Assembly: GCA_002633005.1 (NCBI GenBank)
Contig: NMRA01000208.1
Coordinates: 214,867 to 278,866 of the forward strand
Origin: Phoronis australis
Taxonomy: Eukaryota > Animalia > Phoronida
Direction of reading: 5' to 3'
DNA length: 64,000 bases
Positions within the stretch are counted from its first letter, which is position 1. Every line of letters starts with the position of its first letter. The notes beneath the pieces are model-generated. The model did not search any database, was not told the origin of the DNA, and worked only from the letters and a program-made list of their open reading frames with translations. This document shows positions 13,901 to 25,600 of the stretch, piece after piece. Made by a program: the position numbers and the translations under genes.

Positions 13901-16900
13901 TCCCATAACTTGTTGCAGTGACTGGGTTGAGGTTCCTTGAGATTTGAAGGAAAGCATGCTCTACCATACTAATTTGACAAAAGAATCAAGATTTCGAAGA
14001 ACGGGTTAACACAGAGAACTAAGTGATTTTTATTTAAACAAGTTAGAGAAAGGCAATATTTTTGATGTATGATAACAGATTCTCTGCGAAAGTTTCCTCT
14101 CCACGAGAAAATGACGTTTGCAATGGTTTCATTAAGTTAGAAGCACGAAACTGTTGATTTATTTCAACATCAAACTTCATTCTTTACCCCCCCATTTACT
14201 GAGTGGACCAACCAAGAATGTTATTACATGCTCTAGGTATCATTAAATTAAACCTGCCATGTAAAGTTATCAATGTGTTAAATTCAGTAGACCTTTGAAC
14301 CTACCTAGGTATATATACTGTAAACTCACGGGTTAACGCCCATGCCCGGGTAATCGCCCATCCCGACTTTTTGTCAATTTTCGGTTTAAGCGCCCACTGC
14401 TTAAGTAATCGCCCTACTTTGTGCAAATTTTCACTTTAACACCCACCTGTCGGGTAATTGCCTATCCCTCATTTACCACTTACTGAACTTGAGCTTGAAC
14501 TCGTGCTATAGTTCAAAGCTTCACCTCAGGCTCAGATTTCCGTGTTTGTGGAAACACGGTGTGCTTGCACCTTTTTTAAACTTATCAACTGATCGTTTGT
14601 TAAATTAATATAGGCCTACTCAGTAGATTTTTATAGAAGTGGTGCTAGTCTACTACNNNNNNNNNNNNNNNNNNNNNNNNNNNNNNNNNNNNNNNNNNNN
14701 NNNNNNNNNNNNNNNNNNNNNNNNNNNNNNNNNNNNNNNNNNNNNNNNNNNNNNNNNNNNNNNNNNNNNNNNNNNNNNNNNNNNNNNNNNNNNNNNNNNN
14801 NNNNNNNNNNNNNNNNNNNNNNNNNNNNNNNNNNNNNNNNNNNNNNNNNNNNNNNNNNNNNNNNNNNNNNNNNNNNNNNNNNNNNNNNNNNNNNNNNNNN
14901 NNNNNNNNNNNNNNNNNNNNNNNNNNNNNNNNNNNNNNNNNNNNNNNNNNNNNNNNNNNNNNNNNNNNNNNNNNNNNNNNNNNNNNNNNNNNNNNNNNNN
15001 NNNNNNNNNNNNNNNNNNNNNNNNNNNNNNNNNNNNNNNNNNNNNNNNNNNNNNNNNNNNNNNNNNNNNNNNNNNNNNNNNNNNNNNNNNNNNNNNNNNN
15101 NNNNNNNNNNNNNNNNNNNNNNNNNNNNNNNNNNNNNNNNNNNNNNNNNNNNNNNNNNNNNNNNNNNNNNNNNNNNNNNNNNNNNNNNNNNNNNNNNNNN
15201 NNNNNNNNNNNNNNNNNNNNNNNNNNNNNNNNNNNNNNNNNNNNNNNNNNNNNNNNNNNNNNNNNNNNNNNNNNCCCTCTCGTAATTGCAAATAGTTTAT
15301 GTCAGCCGGGAATGAATCGCCAGTGTTTTTAATCCAGGAAACGAAATGTAGTCTCGTTTACTGATCTGAAACAGTACATGCTGATACGGTAAGTGGACTG
15401 CAATTCGAGTTTCATAAAGCTCTGTGGTATGACATTTTGCAGCGTGCTAATATATTTGAAAACACCTGAGTTTTTAGCAATGTTCTCGTGAAATCACCCG
15501 TTCAAAGTCGAATTCCTGTTTCTGTTTGGGCAGTGAGAAACTTTACGCTGTTTGACCGAAGTTACAAGTTCCGTGCTTGAATGAACACCCCGTGTCCTTG
15601 CCCAGTTCAGCTAAAACTTGGACGTAACAACCCACTGCTTGGGTAATCGCACACCCCTGATTTTTTGCCAATTTTCGGTTTAAGCGCCCTGCTTGGTAAT
15701 TGCCCATCCTCTGCATCAGGGTTTCCCAATTTAAACACCCAGGGCGTTAACCTGTGAGTAAGGAGAGAAAAAACAAAGAGTGAGACAGTCCACCAAGAGC
15801 GAGACAGATGCTGTTGGTGACACAAAGTATTGAATTCTTTTACAAGGTCAGCGAGGGCTACAGGTCAGTGCGCCTAAAGAATGAATACTGGAATTGACCG
15901 TCTTATTGACAAATTTTGCCAAAAAATCAGTGGTTGTCTGGAACCGCACCTCAAGAGTCTCCCTTGTTGATTCCATTATGAATAAAATGAAAAAACAAAC
16001 TGAAGCAACGAAAATTGATAGCCAAACAGATGGACAACAGGAAATTCACAGTGCCAACTGTCACCGTTAGTCCTGTGTAAGTTTGGGGCAGCAAGCTCTA
16101 ACACTAGAATGCATGGGTCGTGCGCAGACATACCAATCCTCTGCTTCTATGATCAGAGGTGCATATTCTTGAAACTAAATCATGGCCAATCATGAACAGG
16201 AAACACTGAGTAGTTATAATCAATAATTACAGGAACAGTTTTCCACATAAAGGCTGCGGGATTATAAAGTAGAAATAATGAAAACAATTCTGCGAAATGA
16301 TGCTAACGTGTCTCAGCAAAGTCAAGAAAAAAGCCTGGAAGAAACAAAAAGTCCCCAAATTTATGGAATGAACAATAGCAAATCCGGGAAATTATAATAA
16401 ATACAATTGATAAAGTTTGCAGCTGACAGTATGAAATCCATTTCATCCACATGTAATCCTGTATTGACAGAGACAAGCAACTGAAGAGAAATGTATTTAA
16501 CTACAGCAACTAAGTTACTCACTTAAATCAAAGAAAATCTAGTATGATTTTCCATCAAACAGGCGAATCAGTGAAAGAAATGTACAGTCCCCAGCTAGAT
16601 TATTTGTAACCAGTTTACAAGGTAACTATGCAAACAATTCTAATTCACTATGTCCACCACAGAAGGTAATTACCTTTACATAAAAGGAACAGGACAATAA
16701 ACCTTAGGTATTATGCAGGCAATCAAATCACCAGCTCACTATTACAATGTAAACAATTGGGGGCAATATTGGTGTCTGCAGTAACAATTGTGAACCAAAA
16801 GAAAATGGAGCAGAGCAGATCTGGATGAGAATAAAGCAGTCTACCCATCAAATGTCCTCTAAATAAAATTAACATTGTTTTGATGAATGTATCACTCATT

Positions 16901-19636
16901 TATTAGTTGAAACAAGTTGTTAAAGCAAGCACAGGGTAAATTGTTGTATAACTATGTGAATTTAGCCATCCTACTTGAAGTGCTCATCTGCTTATTTAAT
17001 TAAACAATTGATTCCACCTCATGTAGTTAAATCTCAAGGGCAGTTTAGTGGACAGCCTACTTTGATGTCTGGTAATGAACTGGGGAAATGTAATTAACGT
17101 TTACCATGAAAATAAACAAGAACAACAGGGAGCATTGAAATGCACCCACGAATGCATCAATGCATCACAAATGGTATGCTTTCAGGGTTGCTTATTTGTG
17201 TCATAAAATGGGCACTAGATGGCGCAAAAACATACAATCCGTCGGAAAATGGGAACATGTCATTGCTTCTTTAATAGAAAGCTATGCACCAAATTCCAAA
17301 TTTCATAGAAATTCGCCAAGGAACTTCAGAGAAACAAAGGAAAACAGAATAAAATGAAATTGCCACTAGGGGGCATAGTGTTCATTGGATCCGCTAGAAA
17401 GTCGTCATTGTCTGTTGTTCGCTTCATATAAGTACACTTACTAAATTCAATAAAGATGCTCCAGNNNNNNNNNNNNNNNNNNNNNNNNNNNNNNNNNNNN
17501 NNNNNNNNNNNNNNNNNNNNNNNNNNNNNNNNNNNNNNNNNNNNNNNNNNNNNNNNNNNNNNNNNNNNNNNNNNNNNNNNNNNNNNNNNNNNNNNNNNNN
17601 NNNNNNNNNNNNNNNNNNNNNNNNNNNNNNNNNNNNNNNNNNNNNNNNNNNNNNNNNNNNNNNNNNNNNNNNNNNNNNNNNNNNNNNNNNNNNNNNNNNN
17701 NNNNNNNNNNNNNNNNNNNNNNNNNNNNNNNNNNNNNNNNNNNNNNNNNNNNNNNNNNNNNNNNNNNNNNNNNNNNNNNNNNNNNNNNNNNNNNNNNNNN
17801 NNNNNNNNNNNNNNNNNNNNNNNNNNNNNNNNNNNNNNNNNNNNNNNNNNNNNNNNNNNNNNNNNNNNNNNNNNNNNNNNGTGCCAACTGTCACCGTTAG
17901 TCCTGTGTAAGTTTGGGGCAGCAAGCTCTAACACTAGAATGCATGGGTCGTGCGCAGGCATACCAATCCTCTGCTTCTATGATCAGAGGTGCATATTCTT
18001 GAAACTAAATCATGGCCAATCATTAACAGGAAACACTGAGTAGTTATAATCAATAATTACAGTAACAGTTTTCCACATAAAGGCTGCGGGATAATAAAGT
18101 AGAAATAATGAAAACAATTCTGCGAAATAATGCTAACGTGTCTCAGCAAAGTCAAGAAAAAAGCCTGGAAGAAACAAAGAGTCCCCAAATTTATGGAGTG
18201 AACAATAGCAAATAGGAAATTATAATAAATACAATTGATAAAGTTAGCAGCTGACAGTATGAAATCCATTTCATCCACATGTAATCCTGTATTGACAGAG
18301 ACAAGCAACTGAAGAGAAATGTATTTAACTACAGCAACTAAGTTACTCACTTAAATCAAAGAAATGATTTTCCATCAAGCAGGCGAATCAGTGAAAGAAA
18401 TGTACAGTACCCAGCTACATCATTTGTAACCAGTTTACAAGGTAACTATGCAAATAATTCTAATTCACTATGTCCACCACAGGAACAACAAGTACCTTAC
18501 AGAAGTAATTGTCTTTACATTGAAGGAATAGGACAATAAACCTTAGGTATTATGCAGGCAATCAAATCACCAGGTCACTATTACAATGTAAACAAATGGG
18601 GACAAGATTGGTGTCTGCAGTAACAATTGTGAACCAAAAGAAAATGGAGCAGAGCAGAGCTGGATGAGAATAAAGCAGTCTACCCATCAAATGTCCTCTA
18701 AATAAAATTAACATTGTTTTGATGAATGTATCACTCATTCATTAGTTGTTAAAGCAAGCACAGGGTAAATTGTGGTATAACTATGTGAATTTAGCCATCC
18801 TACTTGAAGTGCTCATCTGCTTATTTAATTAAACAATTGATTCCACCTCATCTAATTCAATCTCAAGGCAGTTTAGTGGACAGCCTACTTTGATGTCTGA
18901 TAATGAACTGGGGAAATGTAATTAACGTTTACCATGTAAATAAACAAGAGCAACAGGGAGCGTTGAAATGCACCCACGAATGCATCAATGCATCACAAAT
19001 GGTATGCTTTTAGGGTTGCTTATTTGTGTCATAAAATGGGCATACAATCAGTCCGAAAATGGGAACATGTCATTGCTTCTTTAATAGAAAGCTATACACC
19101 AAATTCCAAATTTCATAGAAATTCGCCAAGGAACTTCAGAGAAACAAAGGAAAACAGAATAAAATGAAATTGCCACTAGGGGGCATAGTGTTCATTGGAT
19201 CCGCTAGAAAGTCGTCATTGTCTGTTGTTCGCTTCATATAAGTACACTTACTAAATTCAATAAAGATGCTCCAGAAGGTTTATGAGATACAGCTATGGGC
19301 GCAAAACAAAACTATCACTAGGAGGTGCTAGAGAAGTCAAAGTCGTCATCATCAACTGTCCTCTTCACACTGAGAACATATACGCCAAATTTCAAAACCA
19401 TCCTCAGAATGATTTGGTTGACAGAGAGGTGGACGCCAAAAAATACACTCGAAAACAGCAAAAATGGCCACTAGGTGGCGCAAATTAAGAATGCTGATTG
19501 TTTTGATAATTTCAGACACCACCTCATCAGTTACCTGCAGTCATCATAGATGTCCCTCCTTCTTGTCTTTCCAATATATTTACCAAAATTTTTTATTTAT
19601 TTATTTATCTTTAATTCAATTTGTTTATCCAATTTG

Positions 19637-19693
<57 letters not shown>

Positions 19694-22600
19694 AATTACC
19701 TTGATTCCATCCAAAAACAGGAGGATAGCGTCATCTCATCAATAGATGCCCGTATTCAAAATTTTATGAAAATCTGTTGAGGACCTTTGAAGATACAGAG
19801 GTAAACGTAAAACTTAAATTGCCACCAGGGGGAATACCAGTACTCAGATCCATCCCAAAATCATCGTTGTTCGTTGTCAACAACATATAAAGACACTTCT
19901 TAAATTTAGTAAAGAACCTACAAACGGTTTAGCAGATAGAGCTTTGGGCGCAAAAAAGAAACAGCCATTAGGAGGTGCCACAGTGATTGAAGTCATCGGA
20001 AAATCATCGTCAGCCGTCGACTTCATAGTAAAAACATACATGCCAATTTTTACAATTATCCTGAAAGAGGTTTGGTTTATAGAAGGGTGGACGCTTAAAA
20101 GCAGACCCGAAAACAGTAAAAATGGCCACTAAGGTGGCGCAAACTAGGTTGAATCCGTCTGAAAATGGAAAGATAGCGTCACCTCACTAACAGGAGCCTG
20201 TACACCAAGTTTTATGAAAATACGTTGAGGACCTTCAAAGATACAGAGGAAAACGTAAAAAAATAAAACTGCCACTAGGTGGTACACCAGTAGTCAGATC
20301 TGTCCGAAAATCGTTGTTGTCCATTGTCAACATCATATAAATGCACTTATTAAATTAAGTAAAGATGCTGCAAAACAGTTTAGGATAAAAAGCCATAGGC
20401 GCAAAAAAAACTGCCACTAGGAGGCGCCACAGTAGTTGAAGTCATCGGAAAATCATCGCCAACCATCCTCTTCATAGTAAGAACATACATGCCAATTTTC
20501 ACAATCATGCTTAGAGCGGTTTGGTTGATAGAGGGGTGGACGTCAAAAAACAGACTCGAAAACAGTAAAAATGGCCACTAGATGGTGCGAACTACGTCGA
20601 ATCCATCCGAAAACGGGAGGATGTTGTCGTTTCACTAATAGATGCATATATACCAAAATTTCATGAAAATACCTTGAGGACCTTTGAAGATACAGAGGTA
20701 AACGTAAAAAAACTAAAATTGCCACTTGGGGGCACACCGGTATTCGGATCCGTCCGAAAGTTCGCTCATGCCGTCCCATCCATGAAAGGAACACGTGTGC
20801 AAAATTTCATGAGCATACATCAATCGGTTTGGAGATAGAGCAGTGGACGCCAGACACCGGACGCATGCGGCTTGACAGATGCAGATGACGGCATAATGCG
20901 TCCACATATAAATATGTGGGTGCATAAAAATTAGGATTCCAAACACTAAAGGTAAATCCTATGACATTGCAATCATAATAAGCTAAGAATAATACAAAAA
21001 ATTCAATACTTCAATCTGTGAAACAATGCAAGCTCCAACACAAACAAGCAGCACACTGTCACAACAGTACAATCCTTCAGTTTCCACACGCACTTTAGAA
21101 CCACGACTCACTCTTTCTTGTTTACCTCCATGATATCATTTTCAACATGATTATTTTGATTAGGCAAAATATTATGTTATAAATACTTTCTCTACGCTTC
21201 AATAAGTTTCTACAGTCTAACTTCAGTCACCGGCAAAACTTAATTTGGCTAAGCATTGGCACCCTAAAAAAGCTACATTAATGTATGTAGCAATCACCAT
21301 CGGGAAGAATTACACTAGAAAAATAGACAGAAAAGGCAATAACGGGCAATTGTCAGGTGATACCTCTAGAGTCTGCCAAGATTCCTAAAGATCTATTAAG
21401 GGACACCGCAGGTGTTTCAATTCTTTAGGTTCAGATACACCGACTACATGCACAGAGCATGATTACCAACTTCAGCCCGAGAACTAGGGGCAAAATGGAC
21501 ATAAAGATCGGGAGAATAGAAATAAGTCCTTGAATTTTTTAATCATCAGTGTTTCCCACTCGTATCTCTATCCCTTGCTTATTTCCTTAACATTTTTTAC
21601 ATTCATATTTTGCAATTCTAAATAAATTAATAATTGATTTGCCTTACCTTGCCATCTCCAGTGACACAGAACAGAGTCTGTTCCCCACCAACAAGTTGCA
21701 CAGGTCGCAACGTGGCCAGTGCCTCACAAGTCAGAGGTAACTTCACTTTGGCCCCCTCGATACCTCCCAACTGGCCACGGTGGTTGTGTCCCCAGCCCCA
21801 GATTTGCCCACTGCCACCCCAGGACAGAGTCCAGTCATCTGGGCGTCTGAAAAAAAACAGATGTGCAGAGAATGTTAATCGACAACAGGGAGCTCTGAGG
21901 ATACACATGACCGTTGAGTGCTAATGCACGCCTCAAAATCTGATTGGCTGGCACATTTCTTGCCTTCATATACTACTTGCATGAATTCCCTATTATACTT
22001 GAAAACAGGGTTTTATGTCCAAACTACAATCGATTTGCATGTTTGGAACACGCGCGTTTTCATGCTTGCATTGTTAAAACTGATGATAAAATAGGGCATT
22101 GTGTCCCAAACAACAATGCACAACAATCATTTTGCAGCGCTGCCAAAAGTGTGCAAGTAGTGAACTGGCTAACAGGTGTCACTTTTCTTTGAATAAAAAC
22201 TGGCAACAGGTGTCAAACGTTTTGTGAGTCATTGTCAAACAGTTCAAATATTTTATTGTAATCTTCCAAATGAAACATCTTCATGGAATGCATAACACAG
22301 AAAATTTTCCAGTTAGCATAACTTTAATTCATGAACAATTATTCAGTTCTATGCAAATTTCAAACTTTTTACGGACAGACTGTCAGACATATTTGTAGAC
22401 AAAAAGTCCACTTGGAACTGCAGGGAGTAGGATCTCTTTGTCGGTCATGATGGTAAATGACAGTCCACACTCAAATGGTCTCCCTTCTTCATCAATGCAT
22501 GCGATATCATAGAGATAAACTCCGTTGTACGAGAACACCTTAATGACACCAGAACACAGACAAAATATTCGGTCATCACCATCAAAAGCAACGCAGCTCA

Positions 22601-25600
22601 CAAAATCATCACACGCAAGTTTTCGTTTGAACTTGAACGCACCGTCAAAGATCATTACATTAGGGCTGGTATCATCAGAAACAATGATGTCGCCATCAAA
22701 GCCAAAACAAATGCCATTGGGTGCCACAACGCCATCTGGTGTTCTCAAAGTAATCTTCCTTTTAATTTGACTAGCTCTGTCATACAAAAACGCACTGTCA
22801 TGACCAGTCCAAAATAATTGTTCCTTGTTCATAACACAGTAAAAGATAGCATCATTATGAACCAACTCCTCTATCAGCTTCCCATTTGCTGTCAAGATCT
22901 GTATTCTCTCGCCCACAATTTCACTGTATTCATCATCTACGCCATCAGTGCTTCTGTCTGAGGAGCCAAACACGCCTCCAACGCTGTCATTAGTCAAATC
23001 ATCCGCGCTGTCCACCTCGGTTTTGGTTGTCAAGTCTTGACCAGCTGATTGCTGGTTATTATGGCGGCCTGAAGATACACTACAATAATCACCATCGCAG
23101 GACACGTCCCCATCAGCTGAACTACCACTCTCATCTTCGTCATCTGCCTCTCCTCCATTACCGCTCGTATTTGCATTGGCTGACTTATTGGCAGTCTTCT
23201 TGTATCCATTGTGCTCACTTCCTTCAAATGAGATATCCTCCTGCAACATTAGCCCGAGAATCTCCTCGGCGTTTCTCTCTAAGCTCGCATCATCCTCAGT
23301 CTTGTTACATGCTCTGCTAGTGATCTCCCCTGACTCACTGCCAGCGCTCACGTACTTGTCGTCACTGTTCTCACTCGATGATGAACTAGTACTTTGAACA
23401 TTAGAACTGACGTCTGTCTCAGCACTTCCACCCGCACTTCCTGAAGATGAGTCATCACAACTTGGACTGGCCAAATTGAAGCTGTCAGCAGCACTGTCTT
23501 TGATAGGTGTGCTAGTTCTGAGAGCGTCATTATCTTGGAAATACCCCACTTCAGACAGCATTCCTTCTCCAGGATCAATGGAGCTGAACAGGACATCGTT
23601 CACAGTGTAATCACCAAGTGTAGCTAAATCAAGCTGGGAGACATGAACATCACCCTTGGTGTATCGATCCTTGTCAAAACAGCCTTTCCAAATGCAGCAG
23701 TTCTTTGAAGATGCGTAGTGAAACGAGAACTTCTCATGGAATGCAATGCAGGACTTGATCATGGCAGCGTCTTGTTCAGAGGTCTCTCCAAAGTGAGACA
23801 CAGACGGTATTTTGTTGCCCATCACTTCTGCGACTCTTAACAGAATTCTCAAGTGAGTGATGTCAGACGCGTCCATGTCATCGTTAGGCTCACAGTTGAG
23901 TATCTCCTCTACACTGCTCACATTTAGTTTCTTCATCAACTCTTGCATACACTCCTCTATCTTGTCCCACTCAATATTATCCCAGTCCCAGTCTTTACAT
24001 GACAACATGGCTGCATAAAGTGACCACCTCATGCTGGTGCTGGTAACCACGGCAATCTCAGGCTCCTCATCCTCAGTCACACTGAGGCACAGCGGTGCGC
24101 AGTCGTTGGCAACGGCCAGTTTACAACCCAATTGCCCATCTGGTGTATACTTGTTGATGGTACAGTCTTTTGGATTAGACAAGTACAAACATCCAGATGA
24201 GTCCCTTGCAGCCGACATGAACAACAGGGAGTCTTCTCGGCATTTTTCTGATGACTTCCTGACTGGAAAATTGGGCAGCACGTTCCAGCGACAGATGTAG
24301 GCTGTGCCTTCAGACATGGTGAAAGCAGCAGCAACACTACCAAAGCTCTGCGGTCGAAATGTCAGCACATATATCCTACTGGTCACTTTGTCAAGCCTAC
24401 TCTCCAGAGTTCTTTTCTTGCAGTCTATAACATTCGCAGAGAAGTCAACATCTGAGGCAAACAACAAGACAATTTCAGCCTGATGGCCTGCGATGAGGCT
24501 TGAATTCTGGATTTCAGTGAGCAAGGAAGCCTGTTGTGAACTATCTGTGTTCTGAGTTGGAAACTGAAATGTACTAGGAGAGAAAGTACCGGCCAGCTTA
24601 GGTTCGCATTCACCGCCTGTCTTTTCACCATTTGGGTTCTGAGGAGACTTGCATGAAAAATCCTTTGAGAAGAAGTCACCGCCAGCTATATCTGCTTCAT
24701 CACTGTCAATCAAAAGGCTGACGCTGTCAGTGTACTTAATAAAACTGTTGTCGCTCCCTTCACCAGCGTTTTGAGCGCTAACACTCATAACTAGAAAACC
24801 CCAAGATGCTCAAATAAATCAAAGAGAAAACAAATGTTATGCACATGCATAACACAGTCACACCTGACATGCATGACGTCAAAAAGTTTGGCGCCAAATT
24901 TTAATACTATTTCTTGCTACAAGTAGCGTGTGCACTGCCAGTGTCATCCTCAAATACAGTTAGCCACCTTGTACAGTCATGTGGTTGCTGTTTTGCTTTC
25001 TCGAGCATATTTTGCACATTTGGTGCCGTGACCCTTACTTATTATGGATTCATTACACATTATATCCACCAGAGGGCGACGGGTCACCATCTCAGAATTG
25101 CATGAAAATTAACTGGGACAATTATCATGATACACAATGATTTCCCAAAAATTTTCATTTACCTCCGTCAAAGGGTCTTCGAGACATGGGTGTAACACCA
25201 ATTTTTGCCCTCGCGAGTTGAAACTGATTTTTTTAGATTTTGGAGGTTTCTAGCTTCAAAATTAATCATTGGATTGTACTGAAAATGCTTGTAAGTGGAT
25301 TAACATGAAACCAGGTTGTTAGAATATGTCACCAGAATTCATCCAGCAAATGTTGTAACTGAACTGAGGGGGCCCAAAAATTATGATTGTGAATCCTATA
25401 ATCGCCTTTTGACTGGCCTCAAAATATTAAATAAAAGCAAGTAAGGCACTTTAAACAGTACACACCATGGATTTTTGCACATTTTAAATTACCGGTGGCC
25501 ACAGACTAAATGTATGACGGACAATTTAGCTAAACCCATGTTTATTTTGTGTAATTAGCTCTAAATTTTGATTTTTCTTTCAATTTTGCCAATTTTCACA

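Noticed and set aside
14639-18043. Long ORFs made of X residues
   Set aside because: They are translations of N gaps.
16031-19274. Tandem segmental duplication as real biology
   Set aside because: The copies abut an N gap exactly and differ by allele-like SNPs and indels; this is the classic pattern of uncollapsed haplotypes.
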